A stretch of DNA of 64,000 nucleotides from a virus, in the IMG/VR virus record IMGVR_UViG_3300044972_000601, positions 1-64,000 of that record; one strand, given 5' to 3'. The stretch's first letter is position 1; each line of letters begins with the position of its first letter. The notes below the pieces were generated by a model that ran no database searches, was not told the origin of the DNA, and worked only from the letters and a program-made list of their open reading frames with translations. This document shows, piece by piece, positions 7,750 to 15,954 of the stretch. The position numbers were made by a program, and so were the translations under genes.

Positions 7750-7986
7750 ATGGGAATTTACGCAAGCACAGTTAACGCATATGCAGAATCTGCCGCTCGT
7801 GCGCAAGTGTACACTATGCAAAACAAATTGCAAAGCTACGGACAAACAGCACAGCAACTAAATGTTAGCAGTGCAAAGTTCCGCAGGGACATCGAAACTA
7901 AAAAAGCAAAGTTTATTGCAAAAATGCAAAAAGACAAAATTGCAAAAATGCAAGCAGAGATTGCACACTTGCAAGCAACAGTTTAA
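7750..7986 (+). CDS. Early hypothetical protein (basic, coiled-coil-like)
   Basis: Promoter 7691. Confidence 0.65.
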   Translation: MGIYASTVNAYAESAARAQVYTMQNKLQSYGQTAQQLNVSSAKFRRDIETKKAKFIAKMQKDKIAKMQAEIAHLQATV

Positions 7987-8003
7987 TTTTTAAGGAGCAA
8001 AAC

Positions 8004-8393
8004 ATGTTAGAAAACACTTTTACATTGCACACAAACGGACGCGGCTATTGGTCGCGCAAAGCAACTGCTGTAACTGTTGAGGCGCTAGACTTGCAGTACA
8101 TTACAAACGACAAGGACTTTGGCGAGCTGTGCATACACTTTAACACAAACGATTGGGACACAAAAACAGACGGGCTTATATACACAGACAAAAAGTTTAT
8201 GTCGGAACTGCGCACATACTTGCAAACTGTGGGCTTTACGCAAGCGGAAGCCGACGACGTTAGCTACAGCGAGCAGGGGATGCAAAGCGACAATTATGTT
8301 AGCTGTGACGTAGGGGCTGTGTTTATAGCGGGCTTAGAGCGTTTAGAGCCGGAGCATGTGCAAGCTGTGTATAAGGAGTGCGAGGATGTTTAA
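8004..8393 (+). CDS. Early hypothetical protein
   Basis: AAGGAG SD. Confidence 0.8.
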   Translation: MLENTFTLHTNGRGYWSRKATAVTVEALDLQYITNDKDFGELCIHFNTNDWDTKTDGLIYTDKKFMSELRTYLQTVGFTQAEADDVSYSEQGMQSDNYVSCDVGAVFIAGLERLEPEHVQAVYKECEDV

Positions 8394-8631
8394 CGTAACA
8401 TGCAAGCAACTAGACGACACACTACAATGGACGGGTGCTGTTGCAATTATTGCGGGCCATGTGCTTAACGCTGTAGGGCCTAGCATGTACCCCTACAACA
8501 TTGCAGTATTTGCTGTGGGCACGGTTGCGTTTTTGGCATGGGCCGTGCGTGTGCGCAACATGCCGCAAGCTGTTGTCAACCTCGTAGCATTAGCCATAGG
8601 GCTAGTAGGGTTATACAACGCTGTTGGTTGA
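8386..8631 (+). CDS. Small membrane protein (3 hydrophobic segments)
   Basis: Hydrophobic stretches; start uncertain. Confidence 0.65.
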   Translation: MFNVTCKQLDDTLQWTGAVAIIAGHVLNAVGPSMYPYNIAVFAVGTVAFLAWAVRVRNMPQAVVNLVALAIGLVGLYNAVG

Positions 8632-8683
8632 CGTTTTGGCTAAAGTGCGTTATAATACACACATAGCAACAAAGGAGCACACA

Positions 8684-8839
8684 ATGAGAGACGCAATACT
8701 TGCAAAGCTAGCGGAAGTAGAAGAGATGCTGTTAGAGGCAACGCTGGACGGCGAGCAACTGGCAGAGATGGCAGTGTTTGAAGAAGTGACTGGGGCGTTG
8801 AACACGCTGACAGAAGCGGTTGACTACTACGTGGATTGA
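8684..8839 (+). CDS. Early acidic hypothetical protein
   Basis: Promoter 8628, AAGGAG SD. Confidence 0.75.
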   Translation: MRDAILAKLAEVEEMLLEATLDGEQLAEMAVFEEVTGALNTLTEAVDYYVD

Positions 8840-8880
8840 CTGTATAATTAACACTTAAACAAACATTAGGAGCGAACCAA

Positions 8881-9153
8881 ATGGACAAATACGAAATTGT
8901 AGATATGTTTGAGCAAAACTTTATGACCCGCAGTGAAGGCGAGACCGGCGTAAAGAACTTGGAAAACGTGTGCGAGATCCTGGGCTACGGCACGGGCTTT
9001 ATGCGTAACCGTGCTATTGAGGAGTTCCTCACAGACAATCCGGGTGCTGTAGAAGCCCTGTTCCAGTTTATTACAGAGTGGGCCGTACGCAACTCCGACT
9101 GGCAAGCTGGCATGGAAGATGCTCTTGCTGAAGAGGGGTTGGTTGACGAGTAA
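8881..9153 (+). CDS. Early hypothetical protein
   Basis: Promoter plus GGAGCGAA SD. Confidence 0.8.
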   Translation: MDKYEIVDMFEQNFMTRSEGETGVKNLENVCEILGYGTGFMRNRAIEEFLTDNPGAVEALFQFITEWAVRNSDWQAGMEDALAEEGLVDE

Positions 9154-9201
9154 GCCAAAAGCTGTTATAATACACACATCAACAACACATTGGAGCGAAC
9201 A

Positions 9202-9441
9202 ATGAAAGTATCACAACTCATCGAAGCATTGCAAAGCATGGACCCAACACTGGACGTTCACTTTAGCTACTGCTATGGCGACCACTGGCGCACAGAGGTG
9301 GCCCCTGCTGTGTCACACATTGACATGGGCATAGTGGGTTACAGCGAGTACCACCGTATGGACAAAGTCATCGAAGTTGATTATGACGACGAGGACAGCG
9401 CCGACGAGTGCAAGGGCAAACCCGTAGTTCTTATTGCTTAA
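9202..9441 (+). CDS. Early hypothetical protein
   Basis: MKVSQLIEALQ; GGAGCGAA SD places the start at 9202. Confidence 0.8.
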   Translation: MKVSQLIEALQSMDPTLDVHFSYCYGDHWRTEVAPAVSHIDMGIVGYSEYHRMDKVIEVDYDDEDSADECKGKPVVLIA

Positions 9442-9450
9442 GGAGCAGAC

Positions 9451-9705
9451 ATGATTACAGCAGACACACTAGAGGTTCTAACAGATTTTGGACCACAGTA
9501 TCTAACCAGAGCCGCACAGGATGCAGGCTACAGAGGTCCTAACTTCACATCGTGCAAGTTCCTGGGCATCACTAATGGCGGCCAGTTCTGCTACATGGGT
9601 GTCTTCCAAGTAGAGGGCGGTACTGACAGCACAAAGGTCTTCCTTACATATGACCACACAGAGGATAAGGTCTTTGCAGACGTTCAGTTGACAGACTGGG
9701 CTTGA
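9451..9705 (+). CDS. Early hypothetical protein
   Basis: AAGGAG SD. Confidence 0.75.
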   Translation: MITADTLEVLTDFGPQYLTRAAQDAGYRGPNFTSCKFLGITNGGQFCYMGVFQVEGGTDSTKVFLTYDHTEDKVFADVQLTDWA

Positions 9706-9748
9706 TACGCTATAATATACGCTTACACAAACACACTAGGAGCACACA

Positions 9749-10225
9749 ATGGGAACACGTTCAACAATCGCATTGGAATTCGCAGACGGCACAGTAGAGC
9801 AAGTGTATTGCCACTGGGACGGCTATCTCGAGCACAACGGCAAAATCCTTGCTGAACACTATTCAGATCCGTTCAAACTGCGTGACTTGATTGATCAAGG
9901 CAGCATCAGTTCGCTGGGCAAGGTTGTTGGCAATACACATCCTTTCAGCCCATTCGAAGGCGAGACACAGAAAGCACAGTACGAAGCGGCAATGGCAGCG
10001 GGTGCAACTACATTCTACGCACGAGATCGTGGCGAGGAGTTGCAAGTAGAGAAGTTCAACGACTTCCAGGACTACTTGGCTCATCACCAGTATGAGGAAT
10101 ACGAGTACATCCTACGCCGGGACGGCAACTGGTACGTTCAATGCCACGATGACGCCTTTGTTACATTAAAGTCTGCAATCGCAGACGAACAAGATCGAAT
10201 TGCACAAGAGGAGACAGCAGAATGA
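9749..10225 (+). CDS. Conserved phage early protein (MGTRS...YCHWDGY type)
   Basis: Recognisable motif; own promoter. Confidence 0.8.
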   Translation: MGTRSTIALEFADGTVEQVYCHWDGYLEHNGKILAEHYSDPFKLRDLIDQGSISSLGKVVGNTHPFSPFEGETQKAQYEAAMAAGATTFYARDRGEELQVEKFNDFQDYLAHHQYEEYEYILRRDGNWYVQCHDDAFVTLKSAIADEQDRIAQEETAE

Positions 10226-10413
10226 GCAAGATGGCCGAACTAGCATACGATATCGAGCAACTATACATCGAGGGCCTGCATCCTACAAAGATTGCCAAAG
10301 AGCTCGACTGTCCGTTGACAGTGGTCTACGATTGGTTGGAATCATGTAGCTTGGAAGCAGATGTTGCGGAAAAGCCACAGGATGAACCTTACAGCCCTTA
10401 CTTGGGCGCTTGA
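10222..10413 (+). CDS. Small HTH-like hypothetical protein
   Basis: GLHPTKIAKELDCPLTVVYDWL resembles a helix-turn-helix. Confidence 0.6.
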   Translation: MSKMAELAYDIEQLYIEGLHPTKIAKELDCPLTVVYDWLESCSLEADVAEKPQDEPYSPYLGA

Positions 10414-10463
10414 CACTCTGGGCTTTTGGTTGTATAATTACTACATACAGACAGGAGCACACA

Positions 10464-10604
10464 GTGAAAATCATAATCAAAGTACCAAAGAAGCACAGAG
10501 AACACATCATCCTGTTCTGTACAGGCACACCTTTCCGGCAGAAGGTTGTGCAGAGCAAGATCCAATACCGTCGTCAACCCAAACACAAAGGACGCGAGCA
10601 ATGA
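10464..10604 (+). CDS. Small basic hypothetical protein
   Basis: GTG start with AGGAG SD after promoter 10410. Confidence 0.6.
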   Translation: MKIIIKVPKKHREHIILFCTGTPFRQKVVQSKIQYRRQPKHKGREQ

Positions 10605-10816
10605 ACGAACGAATTGATGAATTGTGGCAAGAGGCAGTAGACGCCACGTGGATTGATAATTCTAAGTCTGCTCACGAAAAGTTCGCCGAGTTGATTGTGC
10701 GGGAATGTAAAGAGAACTTTGGTAAAGTTTGGTATGAACAAGGTTTAGATATTCGTGGTGCAGAATTTGGTAAGTTTATGACACGGTTTGAAGAACATTT
10801 CGGAGTTGAAAAATGA
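10601..10816 (+). CDS. MNERI/HFGVEE-family mini-protein
   Basis: MNERIDEL...EKFAELIVREC...HFGVEK. Confidence 0.85.
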   Translation: MNERIDELWQEAVDATWIDNSKSAHEKFAELIVRECKENFGKVWYEQGLDIRGAEFGKFMTRFEEHFGVEK

Positions 10817-11010
10817 ACGAACGAATTAACCTACTGTTGGAACAGTCCGGCCTCCAGCCTTATTACGATGCACAAGAGGGCCAAATCGAAAAGTTCGCCC
10901 AGTTGATTGTGCAGGAATGTATGGAAGAAGTTATGACTTACCAGCATCACCGCAATCCTACTATACCGTTCATAGTAGAAGATATTAAAAAACATTTCGG
11001 AGTTGGTTGA
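10813..11010 (+). CDS. MNERI/HFGVEE-family mini-protein
   Basis: MNERINLL...EKFAQLIVQEC...HFGVG. Confidence 0.85.
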   Translation: MNERINLLLEQSGLQPYYDAQEGQIEKFAQLIVQECMEEVMTYQHHRNPTIPFIVEDIKKHFGVG

Positions 11011-11065
11011 CAGGACTAGCCAATCCTGCTATAATACACACATGGACAACGCAAAAGGAAGCAAG

Positions 11066-11311
11066 ATGAACAAACAATGCTACGTTAGATTCAACGAAGA
11101 CCTGCATGTTCTCTACAATGATCGTTTCATCCGCGTGTCGCTGTTCACGTTCGAGGACGGCGGCCAACGATGCTGTCATTTGAGCGGGCCGGTGGGCTGG
11201 GAACTCAGCCACACAGGGTCCGAAGCTGACGGAAAGTTTGAAGAGCTGTTGGGCCTAGAAGAAGTCTCGTGGGATGACTTGAAGCGGCTGGGCTTCACAC
11301 AATACGGTTGA
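11066..11311 (+). CDS. Early hypothetical protein
   Basis: Follows a cassette promoter. Confidence 0.7.
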   Translation: MNKQCYVRFNEDLHVLYNDRFIRVSLFTFEDGGQRCCHLSGPVGWELSHTGSEADGKFEELLGLEEVSWDDLKRLGFTQYG

Positions 11312-11360
11312 CAGGACTAGCCAATCCTGCTATAATACACGCATACACTAGGAGCACAAG

Positions 11361-11585
11361 ATGATCGTACACAATGTTCAAGTCTACCCAGTCTATGCTG
11401 GTCATATCAATGATCACAAGGTCATCAGAGAGGAAGAGTTTAACTCCCGTGAGGATGCACTCATGTGGGTAGGATACTACAACCAGCATGAGCACTGGAA
11501 CCAAAATGATTGGGCTGAGAACGGCAACGGCGTCGTTGCTGTCTACACTGGCATGATTGATACTGAAACAGGAGAGAATCTATGA
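11361..11585 (+). CDS. Early hypothetical protein
   Basis: Follows a cassette promoter, AGGAG SD. Confidence 0.75.
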   Translation: MIVHNVQVYPVYAGHINDHKVIREEEFNSREDALMWVGYYNQHEHWNQNDWAENGNGVVAVYTGMIDTETGENL

Positions 11586-11818
11586 ACGAACGAATTCTAA
11601 AACTTGCCAAGCAGTCGGGTATGCGATCACCAGACTTGTTTAAACTTACAGTATCTCATATGTCCACAGATACCTTAGAAAAGTTCGCCGAGTTGATTGT
11701 GAAAGAATGTGTTAAATTACAATATAAAAATGTCGTAGTTGGTGGCGTGTCTGACTACAACCGGGGCAGGCGAGAATTGACGGAAGATATTCAAAAACAT
11801 TTTGGAGAAAACCTATGA
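11582..11818 (+). CDS. MNERI/HFGVEE-family mini-protein
   Basis: MNERILKL...EKFAELIVKEC...HFGENL. Confidence 0.85.
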   Translation: MNERILKLAKQSGMRSPDLFKLTVSHMSTDTLEKFAELIVKECVKLQYKNVVVGGVSDYNRGRRELTEDIQKHFGENL

Positions 11819-12033
11819 TTGAGATCCAAGGATTTAGCCCTAAGCAAATGGCACTGGCAGACATCATGTGGGCCATCAGCACCAAGGAAGGTGTGGATGC
11901 GTTCATCGCAACCCTGCCAAAGGCAGAGCGCCGTGAGTGCGAATTGGTGAAAGAGATGTTGGTCCTGGCCTTCCTGGACGAGATTGTTAATACCCAGGAA
12001 GCTAGCATGGTAATTGACAAGTTTCGTCTTTGA
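11815..12033 (+). CDS. Early hypothetical protein
   Basis: ATGA-coupled. Confidence 0.75.
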   Translation: MIEIQGFSPKQMALADIMWAISTKEGVDAFIATLPKAERRECELVKEMLVLAFLDEIVNTQEASMVIDKFRL

Positions 12034-12073
12034 TGTTATAATACATACTTACACACAGCAACTAGGAGCAACA

Positions 12074-12340
12074 ATGAAAGCACTACAGAACTTCGTAGAC
12101 CAGAAGAATCACTGGAACTCATTCTTCAAAGGCGAGCAGTATGAGATTTCTACTGCCAAGGGTCGTCAGCGTGTCGCAGACATGATTGATTCGGCTCTGA
12201 GTCCAGAGAATCTCACATGCGATGGCGAACTCAGCAGAACAGAGGTCAACCGCCGCTACAAGGAATTGAGCACAGCGGCCCGGCAGTTGAAGAAGCTGGA
12301 TCCAGCTGTTACCTTTTACGAATACGAAGGAGAGTTTTAA
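12074..12340 (+). CDS. Early hypothetical protein (LSPENLTCDGEL motif)
   Basis: Promoter 12014, AGGAG SD. Confidence 0.75.
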   Translation: MKALQNFVDQKNHWNSFFKGEQYEISTAKGRQRVADMIDSALSPENLTCDGELSRTEVNRRYKELSTAARQLKKLDPAVTFYEYEGEF

Positions 12341-12341
12341 T

Positions 12342-12956
12342 ATGCCTAATTGGTGCAACAACTCGGTAGAGATCTACCACGCTGACCCTGCTATGATTGA
12401 GCGGGTGCGTAAAGGCTTCAACGACGGCGGCTTGCTCAGTGAACTGCTACCATGCCCACAAGAGCTCACAGAAACTGTGTCAGGCTCCATGGGTGAGGAC
12501 AAGCGGGCTGAACACGAAGCACAGCAAGCAGCCAATGTTGAGAAGTATGGCTATGCCAACTGGTATGACTTCTGCGTGAACGAATGGGGCACCAAGTGGG
12601 ATGTGGGTGCAGATGGCAACCCAGCACAGGATATCCCAGGTGGGTTGATGTTGGGATTCGAGTCAGCATGGAGTCCTCCAATCGGTGCTTACGAGAAACT
12701 GACTGACTTGGGTTTCACCATCCGTGCCATGTATTACGAGCCTGGCATGGCATTTGCAGGCATTTGGGAAGACGGCCAGGATGACTACTATGAGTATGGT
12801 GGACTAGACTCAGCAGGCATTGCTGAAGCATTGCCCGTGGAATTGGACGAGGCGTTTGGTATCAGCGAATCGGCGGCTGAGTGGGAAGAAGAGAATCAAG
12901 AGATTGATTTAGATGACGGCCTTAGTGCCATTAACGAACAAGAAGAACTAAAATGA
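12342..12956 (+). CDS. MPNWC-type protein (YubB/DUF1281 ferredoxin-like)
   Basis: MPNWC...WGTKWD...FESAWSPP...YYEPGMAFAG. Confidence 0.7.
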   Translation: MPNWCNNSVEIYHADPAMIERVRKGFNDGGLLSELLPCPQELTETVSGSMGEDKRAEHEAQQAANVEKYGYANWYDFCVNEWGTKWDVGADGNPAQDIPGGLMLGFESAWSPPIGAYEKLTDLGFTIRAMYYEPGMAFAGIWEDGQDDYYEYGGLDSAGIAEALPVELDEAFGISESAAEWEEENQEIDLDDGLSAINEQEELK

Positions 12957-13089
12957 AAAACACAAACCCTAATCGTGAGAAGAACATGGAACATGATAAC
13001 CGCGAGGTCATTCGCCCTAAGACCAAGTTCTATGAGTACAAAGAGCTTGAGCAGGTGGTTGCCAACTGGATTAGGCAGAGTCAATCAAA

Positions 13090-13353
13090 ATGAGCAGACT
13101 TGAATTGATTGGCAGGCCGTTCACGGTATTCGATCCAGAGAACAAACAGCATCGGCGTTGGTACTTTGAATTCGTCAAAAGCTCTACCTGGGGACAATGC
13201 CCAGTTCGATTTGTGGTAGCCGATGATCAAGGCGATTTGGTTACCATGATTCAACGCAGTTTGATCAAGTTCTATGTGGAGCGTGAGTTCCGCAAGACAG
13301 CAGTTCCGACTCCTTTGGTTCGCCAAAAGAGGAAGAAAGCGGTTGACAACTAA
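13090..13353 (+). CDS. Hypothetical protein
   Basis: ORF in operon. Confidence 0.7.
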   Translation: MSRLELIGRPFTVFDPENKQHRRWYFEFVKSSTWGQCPVRFVVADDQGDLVTMIQRSLIKFYVEREFRKTAVPTPLVRQKRKKAVDN

Positions 13354-13426
13354 CCCAAATAGTTGTATAATTAGAACATGAACAAGGCGTTCATGTTTTT
13401 TAACACACACATAAGAGGTATTTAAA

Positions 13427-13780
13427 ATGGCTACAGATAAGAAGTTTACGGTTGCTGGTATTAGCAAACTCAATGGCGAGTACAAGGTTCGCTTTGCCAA
13501 TGACATCATGCGTATCAAAGTGCTTGCAAAACACGGTCACGAAGACATTCGCCTGGCTGATCTCGAAGGCGAGTTCACCAAGTTGGATGCGGCTCGTGCT
13601 ATCCTTGCATTGGAAGACTTTGAAGATGCAACTGCACAGGCAACCATCACAGAGTATATTGAAGACAATACGCCCAAGGCCAAGTCTGCTCCTGCTCCTA
13701 AGGCGGTTGCAAAAGCTGCACCTAAGGCCAAAGCAGTCAAGACAGCCAAGGTTACTGAAGACGAAGACGCACCATTCTAA
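13427..13780 (+). CDS. Hypothetical protein with Ala/Lys-rich tail (possible DNA-binding)
   Basis: GAGG SD; PAPKAVAKAAPKAKA tail and acidic end EDEDAPF. Confidence 0.75.
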   Translation: MATDKKFTVAGISKLNGEYKVRFANDIMRIKVLAKHGHEDIRLADLEGEFTKLDAARAILALEDFEDATAQATITEYIEDNTPKAKSAPAPKAVAKAAPKAKAVKTAKVTEDEDAPF

Positions 13781-13884
13781 GCTATCAAGCCCGGGCCTGT
13801 TGATATCGCCTGACTGTTCCTACATAGTACGCACAGTCTGCAACAATCGACTCCCCGGGCTTCTTAACACAACTGAGCAAAGCA

Positions 13885-14076
13885 ATGACCAACTGGGTTC
13901 AATACGAAGTCTGGGCTGAAGACGACGATGGGCATCAAGAGCTTGTCGAAACCACAGCAAGTAAGAAGGAAGCATTGAGTGTGGCACAAAAAGCATTCAA
14001 TGAGGGTGCGGGCATAGTTACTGTGCATGAAGAAACATCAGACGGCAGCTATGAGTTGATAAAAGAGTTTAAATAA
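13885..14076 (+). CDS. Hypothetical protein
   Basis: ORF before the tRNAs. Confidence 0.65.
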   Translation: MTNWVQYEVWAEDDDGHQELVETTASKKEALSVAQKAFNEGAGIVTVHEETSDGSYELIKEFK

Positions 14077-14082
14077 CACACC

Positions 14083-14160
14083 GGGCCCTTAGCTCATGTT
14101 GGTTAGAGCAGTGGACTCATAATCCATTGGTGCTGTGTTCGACTCACAGAGGGCCCACCA
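14083..14160 (+). tRNA. tRNA-CAT, probably Ile2 (lysidine type)
   Basis: GGGCCCT/AGGGCCC acceptor like bacterial Ile2; loop CTCATAA; CCA end. Confidence 0.85.
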
Positions 14161-14164
14161 ATTC

Positions 14165-14239
14165 CTGGCGTTCGTATAATGGATAATACAGGGGATTTCT
14201 ACTCCCCTAATAGCGGTTCGATTCCGTTACGCCGGACCA
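14165..14239 (+). tRNA. tRNA-Arg (TCT)
   Basis: GGGGA-TTTCTAC-TCCCC anticodon arm, TTCGA T-loop, CCA end. Confidence 0.85.
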
Positions 14240-14252
14240 CTACAAGGATGAT

Positions 14253-14456
14253 ATGACTGAACAAGAACAACGAGATGCAGCAATGGCAGAGTTCCTAGCC
14301 AAGGGTGGAGTGATCCAGCAAGTGGCCAATGGAGTCAGTGGCCGTGTGGAAGGTGTATCCTACTCAGCTTGGGGAGCACCACGCAAAGCAGGGCGTCCAG
14401 CCGCAGAGAAGAGCATTGCACCAACTGAAGAACCTGAAGAAGACATGGACGAATAG
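14253..14456 (+). CDS. SutA-like RNAP-binding small protein
   Basis: AMAEFLAKGGVIQQV resembles the SutA EEFLARGGKVQ motif; acidic tail. Confidence 0.55.
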   Translation: MTEQEQRDAAMAEFLAKGGVIQQVANGVSGRVEGVSYSAWGAPRKAGRPAAEKSIAPTEEPEEDMDE

Positions 14457-14541
14457 TGTTGCGAAAACGCAACACATTTTTGGTTGACGCTCTGCCCAAG
14501 AGGCTGTATAATTAAGACTTAAACAGCAAACAGGAGCGAAG

Positions 14542-14733
14542 ATGGGTTACAAAGTTCTAAACACCGTAGACAATATGCGTGACAACTATGGCCCACGTCC
14601 AGGACTAGAAGGTCCATTCAACTTCAGCGGCAGGGTTCTGTACTACGATCCTAAAGAAGGTCAGTACTGGGATCCCCGCAGTGACTTCTATGTCAGTCAC
14701 TCAGAGTACTTCCAACTGGTTGGTTTAATCTAA
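14542..14733 (+). CDS. Early hypothetical protein (LEGPF...YYDPKEGQY motif)
   Basis: Promoter plus GGAGCGAA SD. Confidence 0.8.
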   Translation: MGYKVLNTVDNMRDNYGPRPGLEGPFNFSGRVLYYDPKEGQYWDPRSDFYVSHSEYFQLVGLI

Positions 14734-14837
14734 GGAGAACACAATGACAGACTTTCAAATACTCATAACGGTGGCAGTGATTGCAGTCATCGTTGCCGTT
14801 AAGATTTGGATACTCACTAAGATTTAAGGAGCACAAA

Positions 14838-14996
14838 ATGACAGGACTAGACTTTGCAGATATTCGCATAGGACGCATGTTCCACCTCAACGGTTGCGAC
14901 TACGTCAAACAATCAACTCGCACAGCCCGTATGCTCAGCAACGGACGCATCTTTTACTTTGGCAAGACTGAGTACGTTCACCCTGCGGCGTGGTAG
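14838..14996 (+). CDS. Early hypothetical protein
   Basis: AAGGAG SD. Confidence 0.7.
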   Translation: MTGLDFADIRIGRMFHLNGCDYVKQSTRTARMLSNGRIFYFGKTEYVHPAAW

Positions 14997-15061
14997 GATT
15001 GGTTGACAGGACTAGCCAATCCTGCTATAATACACACATGGACAACGCAAAAGGAAACGAA

Positions 15062-15337
15062 ATGCTCAAGCATCAGATCAAGCACGTCAAGGCTGCTATT
15101 GCTACTGAATCCAAATATCGGGCCGCTGATGCCGCGGTGAAGAAGTTCCAAGATGCTGCCCAAGCCAACTACGACACTTCTGCTTTCGCTAACGGCTACT
15201 TGGGGTCAATGGTTGCGGGCATGGCAGCACAGCACCTGACTAAGGCGCAGTTCGCAGAGTTTTTGGTGGCAATGGAGCAGTCGGCAGCCAAGCAACAGGC
15301 CGAAGTGGATGCGAAAAAGAAGTACAAATTGGCTTGA
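15062..15337 (+). CDS. Early hypothetical protein
   Basis: Between two cassette promoters. Confidence 0.75.
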   Translation: MLKHQIKHVKAAIATESKYRAADAAVKKFQDAAQANYDTSAFANGYLGSMVAGMAAQHLTKAQFAEFLVAMEQSAAKQQAEVDAKKKYKLA

Positions 15338-15395
15338 CAGGACTAGCCAATCCTGCTATAATACACACATGGACAGCAACACACTGGAGCACACA

Positions 15396-15767
15396 ATGCA
15401 AGAATACACACTGACCCGCATGGAAGAACTTCAAAGCATCCACTGGGACATGTACAAGGATGCCTATAACTTCCGCCCACGGCATGTGGACACTAGCGGT
15501 TGGACTGAAGCCCAGTTCGAAGCTGAGTTCGAACAGTTGGCAGAAGTGATCCGCCGTGAAAGCCAACTCCGTGAACAGGCTGAGGACGCGGCTTCCATCG
15601 CGTTCGAAATGCGGATGCAGAGCCTGATGATGTCGGGTGCTAAGAGCTACGAGATGGCACTTCGTTGGGTCCACGAAGCTGAAGGCACCAGCGGCGATGA
15701 CGAGTTCCTTGCTTGGACTTTGGACTTGCCCTACCGCTATTTTGCAGTTGACAAGGCCACAGTTTGA
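15396..15767 (+). CDS. Early hypothetical protein (DMYKDAYNFRPR motif)
   Basis: GGAG SD after a cassette promoter. Confidence 0.8.
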   Translation: MQEYTLTRMEELQSIHWDMYKDAYNFRPRHVDTSGWTEAQFEAEFEQLAEVIRRESQLREQAEDAASIAFEMRMQSLMMSGAKSYEMALRWVHEAEGTSGDDEFLAWTLDLPYRYFAVDKATV

Positions 15768-15954
15768 TAGTATAATAAACACATAAACAGCAACAAGGTG
15801 ATCCTCGTATGTAAGAACCCAGCAGAAATGCAAAAAGGGTTGTAACCAAGGGATCCTAAGAGAGTTCGGAGACTCTGCCCAATATGTAGTTAGGTTGACA
15901 ACTTGCCAAAGTAGTTGTATAATAAACACTTACACACACAAGGGAGCGACCCAA

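Larger units (their letters stand above)
11003..15375 (+). repeat. Four copies of one promoter cassette TTGACAGGACTAGCCAATCCTGCTATAATACAC
   Basis: -35 at 11007, 11308, 15003, 15334; 11003-11060 identical to 14999-15056 (58 bp). Confidence 0.95.

Noticed and set aside
11003-15395. Shared N-terminal peptide DRTSQSCYNTHMD in ORFs 11003, 14990 and 15309
   Set aside because: It is a translation of the repeated promoter; SD-supported starts lie downstream.
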